NCBI GenBank assembly: GCA_963827965.1 | Contig: CAWHCW010000007.1 | Coordinates: forward strand, 43,937-107,936 | Direction: 5' to 3' | DNA from: an uncultured Chloroflexia bacterium | GTDB taxonomy: Bacteria; Chloroflexota; Limnocylindria; Limnocylindrales; CSP1-4 | Length of the DNA stretch: 64,000 nucleotides | Part shown: in pieces, positions 63,146 through 64,000 of the stretch | How the letters are laid out: every line of letters starts with the position of its first letter | How positions within the stretch are numbered: position 1 is the stretch's first letter | Notes under the pieces: model-generated | What the model saw: the letters and a program-made list of their open reading frames with translations, nothing else | Databases searched by the model: none | What the model was told of the DNA's origin: nothing | Program-made: the position numbers and the translations under genes

Positions 63146-64000
63146 GCTTGACCCCGGTTAGGCGAAGCCGCGGGTTGGACCACTCGTCCAGCGAGACGCT
63201 GATGAGGAAGAGACCGGCAAAGAGCAGCACCAGGAAGAGCGTCGGCGGCCCCCACCACCACCACATGCCTCGGGCGACGGCGGCGTAGCTGAACGCGTAC
63301 TGGAGCATCAGGCCCATCGTCGGGCGTGGTGATCGGCCCGAGCCCGAGGAGCTGGAGGCCGACCGACACCATGATCCCGCCGGATACGGCCCCCACGAGG
63401 CTCGCGGTGACGTACGGCAGGAGGTTGGGCAGGATCTCGAGGAACACAGTCTCGACGGCGTTCCGGCCGGACAGGACGGCGAGCGTCACGAACCCGCGCT
63501 CGCGCAGCGTCAGCGTCTGGGCCCGGATCGCCCGGGTGGGATACGGCCAGGCGAGCAGCCCGACGATGAGCGCCATCAGCTCGATCGACTGGGTTCGCAG
63601 CAGCGCTGCGAGGACGACGAGGACGGCCAGCGCGGGGATCGTCAGGGCGACGTCCGCGGCGCTCCGGATGAGCGCGTCGAGCGGCCCGCGCACGTATCCG
63701 GACACCAGGCCCAGCACGACGCCGAGGACCGTGCCGATGCCGCCGGCAAGCAGCCCGATCTCGAGCGTCGGTAGCGCCCCGTGGACGATCATCGTCGAGC
63801 ACGTCCCGCCCGGTCGAGTCGGTCCCGAGGAGGTGGGCCGATCGAGGCGTCTCCGCGAGTACGGCCCCGAGCCCAGTCGCAGCCCCGGACGAGCCGACCA
63901 GCAGCGAGCCGACCGGCCCGAGGGCGACGAGGCCGAGCGACGATGCGCAGGCCCGAACTCGCAGGCGCGGGTCGCGCGGGATCCAGCCGCCGGCGCAGAG
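63143..64000 (-). CDS. ABC transporter permease (DppC-like), 5-prime end beyond the window; frameshifted
   Basis: EIGLLAGGIGTVLGVVLGLVSGYVRGPLDALIRSAADVALTIPALAVLVVLAAL...; the C-terminal ...MWWWWGPPTLFLVLLFAGLFLISVSL... is in another frame. Confidence 0.55.

Noticed and set aside
1-64000. CRISPR arrays, tRNA/rRNA genes, transposases, integrases, prophage or defence islands
   Set aside because: No spacer-repeat architecture, no cloverleaf-sized conserved segments in the few intergenic regions, and no transposase/integrase/recombinase motifs in any frame. The CYTH, PHP and BFN-nuclease genes are scattered in housekeeping context, not clustered like a defence system.

Overview
This 64 kb window is about 72% GC and looks like an actinobacterial-type chromosome segment that spans the replication-origin neighbourhood. 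The origin cluster has dnaA, dnaN, recF and a DUF721/DciA-like gene on the minus strand, and rpmH-rnpA-yidD-yidC-jag on the plus strand. DnaA-box-like 9-mers and an AT-richer stretch sit in the dnaA-dnaN spacer. Upstream lie housekeeping genes (a NUDIX hydrolase, purH, glpX, folK) and a DUF185/MidA (NDUFAF7-like) methyltransferase directly ahead of a complete nuo operon (9245-24199). Further along are a phosphatidylinositol/PIM lipid cluster (ArsR regulator, PIP synthase, ino1, two acyltransferases, a PHP phosphoesterase, a PimA-like GT4) and a run of membrane glycosyltransferases (PMT/GT39-like, GT-C, DUF2723, Ppm1-like GT2). The window ends in a GntR-type regulator, a glycoside hydrolase and a dpp-like ABC transporter. 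The most unusual feature is the nuo operon. Its order is A-B-C-D-H-[I fragment fused to E-like]-F-[G-like with an inserted GltD-type flavoprotein domain and a NuoI-like ferredoxin tail]-J-K-L-M-N. That is, a Stn/Nfn-like NuoE/NuoF/GltD flavin module sits inside nuoI of an otherwise 11-subunit-order operon. The assembly carries very many indels. At least 20 clearly conserved genes are interrupted, sometimes by compensating frameshift pairs, so most frameshifts are probably sequencing errors rather than pseudogenes. Coordinates of interrupted genes are approximate. No rRNA, tRNA, CRISPR array or transposase/integrase was recognised.
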